A stretch of DNA of 64,000 nucleotides, from contig JAKJBR010000006.1 of assembly GCA_022706885.1 (NCBI GenBank), positions 670-64,669 of the forward strand. Reading direction: 5' to 3'. Origin of the DNA: Bacillota bacterium (lineage in GTDB: Bacteria; Bacillota; Clostridia; DUPQ01). Below, one piece after another: positions 1 to 9,952 of this stretch. How positions within the stretch are numbered: position 1 is the first letter of the stretch; the number at the start of each line of letters is the position of its first letter. Both the position numbers and the translations under genes were made by a program. The notes under the pieces were generated by a model. That model did no database searches, was not told the origin of the DNA, and saw only the letters and a list, made by a program, of their open reading frames with translations.

Positions 1-442
1 AAAAGAGTATTATGTCGGAGGCTCTACGGCTCTTATTGACGCAATGGGTAAGACCATCAACAAGATTGACAATGTACAAAAAAACACAGCCGAAGAGTAT
101 CGTGCCGAAAAGGTTATGTTTGTTATCATAACGGACGGACAGGAAAACTCCAGTAAAGAGTATACTGCCGATAAGGTAAGAGCATTGGTCGAGAAACAAA
201 AAGAGAAAAACGGATGGGAGTTTGTCTTCCTCGGAGCCAATATCGATGCAGTGGAGACAGCCGAAAGATACGGTATTTCCCGTAACAGAGCGGTAGACTA
301 TTTGTCCGACAAGAAAGGTACTGCTCTAAACTACAGAGTTATGGCGGATGCCGTGACTTCGTTCCGTAAGTCGGGAGAGGTTGACGACAGTTGCTTTGAG
401 GAGATACGTAAGGATGTGAAAAAAAGAGGAAAGAAGAAATAA
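1..442 (+). CDS. von Willebrand factor type A (vWA) domain protein, 5'-truncated by window edge
   Basis: The frame is open from the first base, so the gene starts upstream of the window. The translation GGSTALIDAMGK...FVIITDGQEN matches the vWA MIDAS-region motifs. Confidence 0.55.
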   Translation, partial: KEYYVGGSTALIDAMGKTINKIDNVQKNTAEEYRAEKVMFVIITDGQENSSKEYTADKVRALVEKQKEKNGWEFVFLGANIDAVETAERYGISRNRAVDYLSDKKGTALNYRVMADAVTSFRKSGEVDDSCFEEIRKDVKKRGKKK

Positions 443-561
443 GAAAAGAATAGTTTTATAGTGTTGCTATACAGACCGATTATAACCAGTAATGTTGCGC
501 CTATTGTATTGATATCAGACATACAATAGGCGTATGTTTAAGTAGTGAAAGGGGTGACAAG

Positions 562-837
562 ATGGCACTTAAAAGCACCAATATAAAGATTGAAGAAGAT
601 CTGAAAAAACAAGCTCAGCAGCTCTTTTCCGATTTAGGTATGGATATGACGACAGCGGTCAATATATTTTTATGTCAGGCTGTAAAGGAGCAGGCCATTC
701 CGTTCAGAATCGGCAAACCGGCTCCTAATGCGGAAACACCGGAGGCTATGGCAGAGGTAGCTGAAATGAAAAAATTTCCCGACAGGTATAAAGGATATAC
801 CGATGTTGACGGAATGATGAAGGAGCTGCTTGAATGA
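562..837 (+). CDS. RelB/DinJ-family type II antitoxin (orphan)
   Basis: 91 aa. The N-terminal ribbon-helix-helix-like region (IKIEEDLKKQAQQLFSDLGMDMTTAVNIFLCQAV) resembles DinJ/RelB antitoxins. The stop overlaps (ATGA) a downstream toxin-like stub. Confidence 0.55.
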   Translation: MALKSTNIKIEEDLKKQAQQLFSDLGMDMTTAVNIFLCQAVKEQAIPFRIGKPAPNAETPEAMAEVAEMKKFPDRYKGYTDVDGMMKELLE

Positions 838-860
838 AATATGCAGTTAACATACAATGA
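834..860 (+). pseudogene. RelE/ParE-family toxin remnant (8 codons, MKYAVNIQ*)
   Basis: The ATG overlaps the antitoxin stop. MKYAVN matches the N-terminus (MKYSVNYSD) of the intact RelE/ParE toxin at 40966, then a premature stop follows. Confidence 0.35.
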
Positions 861-913
861 ATAATGTGTAATAATAGTTATTGAGAATACTATTTTAAGA
901 ATGAGAGTTTATT

Positions 914-1630
914 ATGAAAGAATTTTTATCCGGATTTATGAAAGATTTTTTGTCCAAAGTTCTGCCTTCGTCACTTATGGTTGGCATAATGTATGCAATA
1001 CTTACCGCTGGCGGATATTTAAGAAATGTAAAAATTGGTGATTATGATACGCCGAAAGTTATAAGAGAAGGTAATTTAAGCATGTTTAAATCAGCAATCA
1101 TTACCAATAGTATTTTACTGGGTATTTTAATAATCTTAATTTCAATTACATTGATTGCAATTTTGACGCTTATGTTTAAGAATAAAAAAATAGATTACAG
1201 AGTAAAAATCAGTATTATATTAGCCGTTTTTATCATATTTATGATCTCATATTTCTTTAGGAATACACCGTATACAGAAAATGATGTTTATGACACTATT
1301 GAAAGTAAAGCAGAAGATTACATAACCGATTTTACCAATAAAGAATATGATAAAATGGTTAAAAATTATATTCTTAACAGGAATATGAATAAATTTGTCA
1401 GCAAGAACATATATTCTCAAGCGATGGAAAGAACTATAAGAAAATATGGTCAGATAGGTAAAATAGAAGATCCTATTAAAGTATATATTAATGAAGAATA
1501 TACTTTTTTGTCTTATCCTGTAATACATGGAAATGGTCAAGTAGTATATTATAATATTGCCTTTAACAGTAAAAATGAAATATCCGGTTTATTTACTACT
1601 CTTATACTCCCGGATAGAAATAATAACTGA
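914..1630 (+). CDS. hypothetical membrane protein (AT-rich, likely horizontally acquired)
   Basis: 238 aa with two or three hydrophobic segments and a very A/T-rich codon composition unlike its neighbours. No recognisable motif. Confidence 0.45.
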   Translation: MKEFLSGFMKDFLSKVLPSSLMVGIMYAILTAGGYLRNVKIGDYDTPKVIREGNLSMFKSAIITNSILLGILIILISITLIAILTLMFKNKKIDYRVKISIILAVFIIFMISYFFRNTPYTENDVYDTIESKAEDYITDFTNKEYDKMVKNYILNRNMNKFVSKNIYSQAMERTIRKYGQIGKIEDPIKVYINEEYTFLSYPVIHGNGQVVYYNIAFNSKNEISGLFTTLILPDRNNN

Positions 1631-2001
1631 TTTGTTACCTTTAAAAACATAATATTTCTTACGTAATGTCATATATATTATATGATTAAAAAACATACAC
1701 GAATTATATATTTAAGCAGTTCCAGCTTCATTTACTGCTCTTTTCCTACTATTAATAACACTTCAGCAGATTCTTCACTTATATTCAACTTTGCAGCGTC
1801 TGCCTGACTGATTCAATAGCCTTTTAATTTTCAACACCATAACGGTAGGTGCTTTCAGTATAGGCAATATATGGACTCCGGGCGGACATTTATTGATGTT
1901 TAATAAGGCAAAAGAAAACTATGACAGCAAAAGTGAAAGGGAAATATATTGACATGGAAAAGATAAAGATAGAAAAAACAGTGTCCGGTAAACACTCATT
2001 A

Positions 2002-2244
2002 TTATACATTATGCTCTTCAAGTTCAATTATTCTGACGCTCTTTGTCAGAATATCCGTGTATTGTACTGAATAGCATTTTCCTTGTGTTTCTATATTAAA
2101 AATATGCGGATAAACACTTTTTATCCGTGCTTCCTGATTGCTGATTCTGACCCTTGGACGGTTCATAGAAACATCGATATGAATGTTCGGATCGGTGCGG
2201 TAAAGCTTGACTATTTCTGCTCTTATTCTATCTACCGTTTTCAT
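2002..2244 (-). CDS. veg: Veg family protein (biofilm-stimulating small protein)
   Basis: 80 aa. The pattern ...GR..V.....YPHIFNIE....SVQYTDILTKSVRIIEL matches B. subtilis Veg (YPSVF ... SYADVLTETVEL). Confidence 0.7.
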   Translation of the reverse strand: MKTVDRIRAEIVKLYRTDPNIHIDVSMNRPRVRISNQEARIKSVYPHIFNIETQGKCYSVQYTDILTKSVRIIELEEHNV

Positions 2245-2245
2245 A

Positions 2246-2530
2246 TTAGCCTCCGTTTTTTTTAAAGTATTCGGAAATATCGGTTTTGTCGTTGTACTGC
2301 TTTCTTATGCGAACAACAATAGAACCGTCTTCCTGCTCAACCGTATCATCAATTAAATATCTTGTTTTTGAACATTCTAAAGCAGCTATATAATGCTCGA
2401 ATTCTTCGCGATTGATTTTTAATGCATGCTCTTTGCTGAATCCGTATTCAGGCTTCTGGACAAAAACGAGTGTCTGAAAAATACACGCCGATTTTACTCG
2501 TTTCACGATAACACCTCCTTTTGGTACCAT
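2246..2530 (-). CDS. hypothetical protein
   Basis: 94-aa ORF directly upstream of veg on the same strand and probably co-transcribed. No recognisable motif. Confidence 0.4.
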   Translation of the reverse strand: MVPKGGVIVKRVKSACIFQTLVFVQKPEYGFSKEHALKINREEFEHYIAALECSKTRYLIDDTVEQEDGSIVVRIRKQYNDKTDISEYFKKNGG

Positions 2531-2760
2531 ACATTACGGCAGAAATATGCGACCTATAATGCAGAGAGGTGATCGAGCTATAATACACGAATGATATAAC
2601 GGCTGCCGTCGGAATATCAGCTAATGCACTCTCATGGTAGCTTTACTACAATGTAATTTTATCATGATTTTTTAAAAGTTTCATGCGTCAGGGACATACC
2701 TTTTGCAAAAACATTACTGTTAATATATACTTGATATGCATAAAAACATTGGAGCATAAC

Positions 2761-3141
2761 ATGAAAACGACTAAAGTGAGAATTTGCAATACGGAGTATG
2801 TGATAAAAGGCGATGAATCGGAAGAATACATCGAAAAGATAGCATTGTTTGTTGATAAAAAAATGAACTCCATAATAAGGGAGAATCCCAAGTTAAGCCT
2901 TTCTACGGCTGCCGTCTTAACCGCGGTTAATGTCTCTTACGATTACTTCAAAGAAAGAGATCAGGCTAATAAGCAGAAAGACCTTATGGACGAGTTTGAG
3001 AAAAAGTCCAAAGACCAGGTGTCGCGTGTACGATTACTGGAAGCTAAAATAGAAAAGCTTACACAAGCCAATAGCGAACTTAAAGAAACGCTTACCAAGA
3101 CCGAGGAGCAGCTTAAAAAAGCTCAAAACGAATTCAGATGA
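2761..3141 (+). CDS. zapA: cell division protein ZapA
   Basis: GGAG ribosome-binding site before the ATG at 2761. MKTTKVRICNTEYVIKGDESEEYIEKIALFVDKKMNSI...LTAVNV matches the ZapA N-domain, and the C-terminus is a coiled coil. Confidence 0.65.
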   Translation: MKTTKVRICNTEYVIKGDESEEYIEKIALFVDKKMNSIIRENPKLSLSTAAVLTAVNVSYDYFKERDQANKQKDLMDEFEKKSKDQVSRVRLLEAKIEKLTQANSELKETLTKTEEQLKKAQNEFR

Positions 3142-3620
3142 TAAAAGTTTACATAGAAAAAACTAGGAAAGATGCAAAGATTCCGGTTTATGCCAACAGC
3201 TTTGATGCCGGGGCGGATGTTTGTGCATGTGAAGATGCGGTTCTGGATATAAACAGCACAAGGGTGATACCGACCGGTTTGAAAGTTGCAATACCCGAAG
3301 GGTATGAGATACAAATCCGTCCCAGGAGCGGACTTTCTCTGAATACCCGATTGAGAGTGGCCAACAGCCCCGGAACTATAGACGCCGGATACAGAGATGA
3401 AATAGGGATAATAATGCATAATACCTCCGTAGTTAATGAAGGTAATTTTGATGTAACGGAAAAGCACAACCGTCAGGGTGTTTATCATATTAAAAAAGGC
3501 GACAGAATAGCACAGATAGTGCTGCAACAGATACCGAAAATAGAGTTTGTTGAAACCGATTGTGTCGCCGATATCGGGAAAGACAGAGGTGGAGGTTTTG
3601 GCTCGACAGGGGTCAGATAA
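3138..3620 (+). CDS. dut: dUTP diphosphatase
   Basis: dUTPase motifs RSGLSL and GTIDAGYRDEIGIIMHN are present, with a C-terminal GGFGSTG motif. Confidence 0.85.
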   Translation: MIKVYIEKTRKDAKIPVYANSFDAGADVCACEDAVLDINSTRVIPTGLKVAIPEGYEIQIRPRSGLSLNTRLRVANSPGTIDAGYRDEIGIIMHNTSVVNEGNFDVTEKHNRQGVYHIKKGDRIAQIVLQQIPKIEFVETDCVADIGKDRGGGFGSTGVR

Positions 3621-4236
3621 AGCGGTCTATACAATAAAGCAGGATGCCGTTTCGGAGATAACGGAAAAGAAATCACGCTTCATTTCCTATGCGATAAAAA
3701 CGGAGACGGAAAAAGACGCCTTAGCAGAGCTGGAAAAGATAAAGTCAAAATATCCCGATGCCACACATCATGTGTATGCCTATGTTGTAAACGACCAAGG
3801 GGTGGTTTATCACAGATATTCCGACGACAGAGAACCTTCCGGTACGGCGGGACTGCCGACATTGGATGTCCTGAAAAAAGGCAACATTGAAAATGTGCTC
3901 CTTGTAACCGTAAGATACTTCGGAGGAACACTTCTCGGAACGGGAGGACTGACAAGAACTTACGGTTTAAGTGCCAAAAAGGCCGTAAAACAGGCGGGGT
4001 TGGTAAAGAGAGTAGACTGTGCCGTTTTTACATTGACGGCAGACTATTCATCGTACGAAAAGATTAAGCGATTGTTGGATGAGTGTGTTGTAATGGATAC
4101 GGAATTCGGAGAGCTTGTTACGGTGCGTTTTGCTGCGGAGGACTTGAAAGCGGAAGAACGGATTGGTAGAATGAACGAGCTGCTTAATAGCAGGTGTGTA
4201 ATTGAACGAAAGAATAATATAGTTTTGGAGATATGA
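3589..4236 (+). CDS. yigZ: YigZ/IMPACT family protein
   Basis: UPF0029-like motifs ([27 protein letters not shown]) are present. The start is uncertain: it is GTG or TTG inside the 3' end of dut after a GGAGG sequence. Confidence 0.65.
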   Translation: MEVLARQGSDKAVYTIKQDAVSEITEKKSRFISYAIKTETEKDALAELEKIKSKYPDATHHVYAYVVNDQGVVYHRYSDDREPSGTAGLPTLDVLKKGNIENVLLVTVRYFGGTLLGTGGLTRTYGLSAKKAVKQAGLVKRVDCAVFTLTADYSSYEKIKRLLDECVVMDTEFGELVTVRFAAEDLKAEERIGRMNELLNSRCVIERKNNIVLEI

Positions 4237-4237
4237 T

Positions 4238-4969
4238 ATGGCAGGACATTCAAAGTGGGCAAACATAAAGCACAAAAAAGAGAAAAGCGATGCTGCAAGA
4301 GGTAAAATATTTACCAAAATAGGCCGTGAGATAATGGTTGCGGTAAAAGCCGGAGGACCGGACCCCGCCAGTAATTCGCGTTTGCGCGATGTTATCGCTA
4401 AAGCGAAGGCCAATAATGTGCCTAACGATACTATAAACAAAAGCATAAAGAAAGCGGCGGGAGAGGGAGATTCGGAAAACTACGAGCAGATAACATACGA
4501 AGGATACGGACCCAACGGTGTTGCCGTCATAGTAGAGGCAATGACCGATAACCGCAACAGGACCGCTTCCGATGTGCGCCACTATTTCGACAAATTCGGA
4601 GGCAACCTCGGGACGACCGGCTGCGTATCCTACCTGTTTGACAGAAAAGGCGTGTTGATTATAGAGGAAAAGGAAAGCATTGATGCAGAACAGCTTATGA
4701 CCGATGCCCTGGAGGGCGGAGCGGAGGATTTCGAGCATGAAGATGAAATGTATGAGATAATATGCGATCCTGCGGAGTTTTCTTCATTGAGAGAAGCATT
4801 GGAACAAAAAGGATATGAGTTTCTGGAAGCGGAAGTTCAGATGCTTCCGCAGACATATGTCACGGTAGAGGAAGACAAGGTTGAAAGTATGCAAAAGCTT
4901 ATTGACAATCTGGAAGACCTTGACGATGTGCAGAACATATATCATAACTGGGAACAACCGGAAGAATAA
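4238..4969 (+). CDS. yebC: YebC/PmpR family DNA-binding transcriptional regulator
   Basis: [14 protein letters not shown]...GKIFTK is the canonical YebC N-terminus. Confidence 0.9.
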   Translation: MAGHSKWANIKHKKEKSDAARGKIFTKIGREIMVAVKAGGPDPASNSRLRDVIAKAKANNVPNDTINKSIKKAAGEGDSENYEQITYEGYGPNGVAVIVEAMTDNRNRTASDVRHYFDKFGGNLGTTGCVSYLFDRKGVLIIEEKESIDAEQLMTDALEGGAEDFEHEDEMYEIICDPAEFSSLREALEQKGYEFLEAEVQMLPQTYVTVEEDKVESMQKLIDNLEDLDDVQNIYHNWEQPEE

Positions 4970-4983
4970 AAACATAGTTGTAC

Positions 4984-5030
4984 AACACCTGTCGGTAAGT
5001 GTATAATAGAGAACAGGTGTTTGTTTTTTT
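4984..5030 (+). terminator. putative intrinsic terminator after yebC
   Basis: AACACCTGT ... ACAGGTGTT 9-bp stem followed by TTGTTTTTTT. The loop is unusually long at 20 nt. Confidence 0.4.
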
Positions 5031-7388
5031 ATGCAGAAAAGAATTAATGTTTCAGTCAGGGATATTGCGGACTTTTCTCTCGCATCGGGAGATATTGAAA
5101 CCTATGCCGCATTCGGTTACAGGGAAGCGGCGCTGGACGGAACGCAAAATCATATACGATTTCAGAAGGATATGATAAAACAGTACGGTGAAGATTGCTT
5201 TGCAAAGGAAGTATATGTAGAAGACGTATTGGAAAATGATGTAGTGTATATGGTTATTACCGGTCGAATAGACGGTGTTCTTAAAACCGATGATTCAAAT
5301 ATTTTTGTATATGAAATAAAGACAACTTGCAAAGATATAAACGAGATAAAGCCAGCCGACAGACCGGAGCATCTGGGGCAGGCTCACTGTTATGCATATA
5401 TGTACTGCAAAAAGAACAATATTGATGCAACAGGTATAAGGCTGGTATATATAAACAGAGAAAATCAGGACAGCATTACTTTCGAGTACCGGCTGACTTT
5501 TAAGCAATTGGAAAGTATATATTCCGAGCTTTCCAACAGATATCTTGACTGGGTAACCGGAATAACCGCATGGAAGACAATAAGAAATCAGAGTATTGAA
5601 ACACTGGAATTTCCTTTTGCTTCATATAGAGCGGGTCAGAAAACACTTATGAGCGAGGTATACAACTGCATAGACGATGCCGTAAAACTTTTTGCCACCG
5701 CTCCGACCGGTATCGGAAAGACAATGGGAGTACTTTTCCCCGCAATAAAAGCATTAGGAGCGGGCCTTGTGGACAAGCTTATGTATCTGACGGCAAAGAC
5801 CGTAACGGCAAAGGTGGCGGTGGATGCATATAAAAAACTGGAGAAAAACGGACTTAACTTACGAACGGTCTGTATAACCGCAAAAGATAAAGTGTGTCCC
5901 ATGGATAAAAAAGACTGTGATCCGGAGAAATGTCCCAGAGCAAACCACTATTATATAAGAGCAAGGGCATGCTTGAAAGAAATACTTCATGAACAGTTTT
6001 TTGACCGCGATATAATTGCCCGGTATGCCGATGAATTCAATATCTGTCCGTTTGAGCTGAGTCTGGATGTTTCCGGTTACTGCGACCTCATAATATGCGA
6101 CTACAACTATCTTTTCGATCCCAGAGTCCGGTTGCAAAGGTATTTCGATTATGAAAATGAGCAGTCTTTCTGTTTTATGGTGGATGAAGCGCATAATCTT
6201 GTGGAGCGGGGAAGGGAGATGTTTTCCTGCTCCATAGGTATAAAGCAGCTGGAGGATTTCAAAGACAGCATTAAAAAAGAATGGAAGGCACTGAGAAAAA
6301 GCGTAAATGCACTGATTAACGAAATGAAGGAGTTGCAGGCCGAACATTTTTCGACCATGAACCAAGGTTTTATTTCACAGGCAGAGTTGCCTTTGGTTCT
6401 TACGGACAGAGCCAACAGATGTGTCAATGACATTATGATGTACGACCTTTCCAAAATACCTGACGATAAGAGAGAATCTTTCTTGGAAGGTATGTTTAAT
6501 ATTCTGTTCTTTTCCCGTGTCGCACAAATGTATGACAGACGGTTTACCACACTGTTTACCTCCGACGGCAAAGGGCTGGATGTCAAACTGATGTGTCTGG
6601 ACCCTTCCTATCTTTTGCGACAAAGCATGGATACGGGAAGATCGGCGATATTGTTCTCCGCAACGCTGGAGCCTAAAAGATATTACATGGACCTTTTGGG
6701 CGGTGACGGTAATATGGACAGTTTCCTGACATTGGATTCGCCCTTTCCGAGAGAAAACTTGAAAGTAAAACTGGTTACGGACATATCCACAAAGTATAAA
6801 GACCGGGACCTGTCCTATGAGAAAATAGCACAACTGCTGAAAAAGCAATTCTCTCAAAAGACCGGTAACTATATGGTATTTTTTCCTTCCTATGCTTACA
6901 TGAGACGCGTTGTGGAGATTTTTACCGACCTCTGCCCCGATATGGATATTTTAGAACAGAAACCCTATATGGATGATGCCGAGAGAAGTTTATTTCTTGA
7001 GAGGTTCGAGAAGTTCGGTGAAAATACACTGGTAGCTTTTGCGGTAATGGGAGGACTTTTCGGAGAAGGAATAGACCTTGTGGGAGAAATGCTTTCCGGT
7101 GTGGCGATAATAGGTCCCGGACTTCCCATGCTGTGTCCGGAAAGGGAACTTATAAAGAAGTATTTTGATGACATTGATATGAACGGTTTTGACTATTCTT
7201 ACACATTTCCCGGAATGAACAGGGTGCTTCAGGCTGCGGGAAGAGTAATACGAAGCGAAACCGATACCGGCTTTGTGCTGCTCATAGATTCCCGTTTCGG
7301 GACGGCAAAATACAGGTCGCTATTTCCAAAGTGGTGGAATTGTAGTAATATGTACAATAGCTTTGAAGAGGACGGTTTTTTATGCTAA
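5031..7388 (+). CDS. PD-(D/E)xK nuclease domain fused to an XPD/DinG-family 4Fe-4S DNA helicase
   Basis: N-terminal about 200 aa: GRIDGV...VYEIKTT...QAHCYAYMY (D, ExK and QxxxY motifs of the Cas4/RecB-like nuclease fold). The helicase part has Walker A ATAPTGIGKT, a DEAH box (MVDEAHNL), a four-Cys cluster CPMDKKDCDPEKCPRANHY...C between motifs I and II, and a C-terminal GRVIRSETDTG motif VI. Confidence 0.8.
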   Translation: MQKRINVSVRDIADFSLASGDIETYAAFGYREAALDGTQNHIRFQKDMIKQYGEDCFAKEVYVEDVLENDVVYMVITGRIDGVLKTDDSNIFVYEIKTTCKDINEIKPADRPEHLGQAHCYAYMYCKKNNIDATGIRLVYINRENQDSITFEYRLTFKQLESIYSELSNRYLDWVTGITAWKTIRNQSIETLEFPFASYRAGQKTLMSEVYNCIDDAVKLFATAPTGIGKTMGVLFPAIKALGAGLVDKLMYLTAKTVTAKVAVDAYKKLEKNGLNLRTVCITAKDKVCPMDKKDCDPEKCPRANHYYIRARACLKEILHEQFFDRDIIARYADEFNICPFELSLDVSGYCDLIICDYNYLFDPRVRLQRYFDYENEQSFCFMVDEAHNLVERGREMFSCSIGIKQLEDFKDSIKKEWKALRKSVNALINEMKELQAEHFSTMNQGFISQAELPLVLTDRANRCVNDIMMYDLSKIPDDKRESFLEGMFNILFFSRVAQMYDRRFTTLFTSDGKGLDVKLMCLDPSYLLRQSMDTGRSAILFSATLEPKRYYMDLLGGDGNMDSFLTLDSPFPRENLKVKLVTDISTKYKDRDLSYEKIAQLLKKQFSQKTGNYMVFFPSYAYMRRVVEIFTDLCPDMDILEQKPYMDDAERSLFLERFEKFGENTLVAFAVMGGLFGEGIDLVGEMLSGVAIIGPGLPMLCPERELIKKYFDDIDMNGFDYSYTFPGMNRVLQAAGRVIRSETDTGFVLLIDSRFGTAKYRSLFPKWWNCSNMYNSFEEDGFLC

Positions 7389-7843
7389 AACAATACCTGT
7401 ACATATTGGCAATTTCGGCGGTTCCCGTAATAGAGCAAAGAGGCGCAATTCCGTTGGGAATACTACTGTATAAATTGGATCCGGTTCTTGTTACACTTGT
7501 TTCCTATGTAGGCTCTTTGATTCCAATGTTTTTTGTAATCTACTGCTTTACTCCCATATTTAAGTGGCTGAGTACAAAAAAGATTCTTAAGTGGTTTTAC
7601 GATTTTGTGGATAACAAGGTGAGGAAAGGCAAAGAAAAGGTGGAAAGATATGAAGTAATAGGACTTACCATATTTGTTGCCATACCTCTTCCCATGACCG
7701 GAGTGTGGACCGGCAGTGCCGTAGCCGCATTCATGCAGATGAACAAAAAGAAGGCTTTTATAAGTGTCAGTATAGGAGCCGCCATATCCGCTATTATCAT
7801 AACTATAATATGCTATGTAGCCCCTAAGCTTTTAGGATATTGA
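7382..7843 (+). CDS. small multidrug-export-like membrane protein (COG2426 family)
   Basis: 153 aa with four transmembrane segments. The start overlaps the helicase stop (ATGCTAA). Family assignment is from overall resemblance only. Confidence 0.45.
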   Translation: MLKQYLYILAISAVPVIEQRGAIPLGILLYKLDPVLVTLVSYVGSLIPMFFVIYCFTPIFKWLSTKKILKWFYDFVDNKVRKGKEKVERYEVIGLTIFVAIPLPMTGVWTGSAVAAFMQMNKKKAFISVSIGAAISAIIITIICYVAPKLLGY

Positions 7844-7890
7844 TTTTTCCATAACTAACTTATTTAACTAATCACTTTATTGGTGATATA

Positions 7891-8745
7891 ATGACCTCTA
7901 TGAAGATTGTTGAATATAAAGAAAGCGATATATCGGATTTTTTCCCGTTAAGAAAAGACATAAGCTGTAAATCGGATTACGGCAGGTTTCTTGTAATAGG
8001 CGGCTCACCCGGCATGACCGGAGCGTTGAGATTATGTGTGGATGCCTGTTACAGAAGCGGAGCGGGACTTGTGTACTATACGGCGCCCGAAAAAGACTTA
8101 CTGTTATATGACCTTCTTACCGTGGAAGGTATTACCCTACCGGCAGAAGATATTCTTTCGTTTATCGGTGATAAAGACTGTATATGCATTGGATGCGGTC
8201 TGTATAACGATGAAGAAAACCTGATACTGTTAAAAAAAGTATTGGAAAACTCGAAATGCAACATAGTAGCCGATGCTGCGGCGCTGAGGATGCTTGCGGA
8301 ACATAAAGAACTGTTGAAACGGCACGGCAACAGAATGACCGTGTTACCGCATCCCGGAGAAATGTTTCATCTTACGGGGTTGTCGGTAGCGGATATTCAA
8401 AAATACAGAATTAATACGGCATATAAATTTTATGAAGTGTACGGATGTATAACGGTGTTAAAAGGCAACCGGACCGTGGTTGCGGGGAATGATTCCGTGT
8501 ATATTAACAATACGGGAAATCCCGGAATGGCCACCGCAGGATCGGGGGATGTTCTTGCAGGTATGGTAACGGCATACTCGGTTATGAGTAATGACATGTT
8601 CAAAAATGCCTGCATGGCGGTATATGTACACGGTCTGGCGGGAGATATGGCTGCTAAAGACTTGGGCGTGATAAGTATGATTTCATCGGATATAATAAGG
8701 TATATACCCCAAGCACACAAGGAGGTGGCATGTGGAAAAGCCTGA
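7891..8745 (+). CDS. nnrD: ADP-dependent NAD(P)H-hydrate dehydratase (YjeF C-terminal domain)
   Basis: GGSPGMTGA and GNPGMATAGSGDVLAG carbohydrate-kinase-fold motifs. Confidence 0.8.
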   Translation: MTSMKIVEYKESDISDFFPLRKDISCKSDYGRFLVIGGSPGMTGALRLCVDACYRSGAGLVYYTAPEKDLLLYDLLTVEGITLPAEDILSFIGDKDCICIGCGLYNDEENLILLKKVLENSKCNIVADAAALRMLAEHKELLKRHGNRMTVLPHPGEMFHLTGLSVADIQKYRINTAYKFYEVYGCITVLKGNRTVVAGNDSVYINNTGNPGMATAGSGDVLAGMVTAYSVMSNDMFKNACMAVYVHGLAGDMAAKDLGVISMISSDIIRYIPQAHKEVACGKA

Positions 8746-9877
8746 CAGAGTGTGGGTGGAAATAAATCTGGATAACATAGCACACAACATCGCTGCGATA
8801 AGAAAAAAAACAGGTGATGTGAAGGTAGCCGCCGTGGTAAAAGCCGACGGTTACGGACACGGAGCTGTGGAGATTGCCCAGACTCTTTGCGAAAACGGCG
8901 TATATATGCTGGTGGTGGCAACTCTTGATGAAGGGATAAGTTTACGAAGAAACGGCATAACCGCTCCCATATTGGTGTTAGGCTATATATGCCCGGAAAA
9001 GATTGAGCAGGCGATAGACAATAACCTTGCGGCAACAATTACCAACTCGGATATGGCAAGGAAGTACTCTTCGGTTGCAAAAGAAGCGGGAAAAACGCTG
9101 TATGCACACATCAAGATAGATACCGGAATGCACAGGGTGGGTTTTGCATATGATGACAAGCAATCTATTCTTTCCGCACTGGCTCTTTGCAATATTCATT
9201 ACAGCGGGATATTCTCACATTTTTCCACTGCCGACGAAGAAGATAAAACATATACAAATATGCAGTATGAAAGATTTAGCGGTGTTTTAGACAGTGTGAA
9301 AAAAGCGGGTTACGATATAGCTTTGAAGCACATATGTAACAGCGGAGCGATAATACTGCATCAAGACAAATATATGGACATGGTGCGACCGGGAATAATC
9401 ATATACGGTCTGTATCCTTCGCAGTATTGCAAAAATCATGACATGTCGGATTTGCGGTGCGCTATGAGTTTCAAGTCCAGAATAATACAGATTAAGAAAG
9501 TGAAAAAAGGTCAGCCGATAAGTTACGGAAACAGTTATATTACCGAGAGAGACAGTATCATTGCCACCATTGCATGCGGATATGCCGACGGCTATTCCAG
9601 GGTGCTTTCACAAAAAACCCATGTGTTTATAAACAACCGAAGAGCTCCGATAGTAGGCAATATATGCATGGATATGTGTATGGCGGACATTACCGGACTG
9701 AAAGGTATATCGGTTAATGATGAGGTAGAGTTGTTCGGTCCTAATATACCGGTAGAACATCTGGCGGCAATCTGCTCCACAATAAACTACGAGTACATTT
9801 GTAAGATAGGTGCAAGAGTACCGAGAGTCTATATAAAAGAGGGCAATATGATAAAGATAAATAACTACCTTGTATAA
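8732..9877 (+). CDS. alr: alanine racemase
   Basis: AVVKADGYGHG pyridoxal-phosphate-lysine motif. GTG start 6 nt after AAGGAGG. Confidence 0.9.
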   Translation: MEKPDRVWVEINLDNIAHNIAAIRKKTGDVKVAAVVKADGYGHGAVEIAQTLCENGVYMLVVATLDEGISLRRNGITAPILVLGYICPEKIEQAIDNNLAATITNSDMARKYSSVAKEAGKTLYAHIKIDTGMHRVGFAYDDKQSILSALALCNIHYSGIFSHFSTADEEDKTYTNMQYERFSGVLDSVKKAGYDIALKHICNSGAIILHQDKYMDMVRPGIIIYGLYPSQYCKNHDMSDLRCAMSFKSRIIQIKKVKKGQPISYGNSYITERDSIIATIACGYADGYSRVLSQKTHVFINNRRAPIVGNICMDMCMADITGLKGISVNDEVELFGPNIPVEHLAAICSTINYEYICKIGARVPRVYIKEGNMIKINNYLV

Positions 9878-9883
9878 CATTGA

Positions 9884-9913
9884 TTGACCGTTATTCAGGT
9901 AGTTATGTATAAT
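9884..9913 (+). promoter_or_regulatory. sigma-A-type promoter (TTGACC-18-TGTATAAT)
   Basis: Consensus -35 and extended -10 elements about 40 nt upstream of the 9953 ORF. Confidence 0.5.
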
Positions 9914-9952
9914 GTAAAAAGAAATAAAACCGTATAAAGAGGAGAACAAAAG

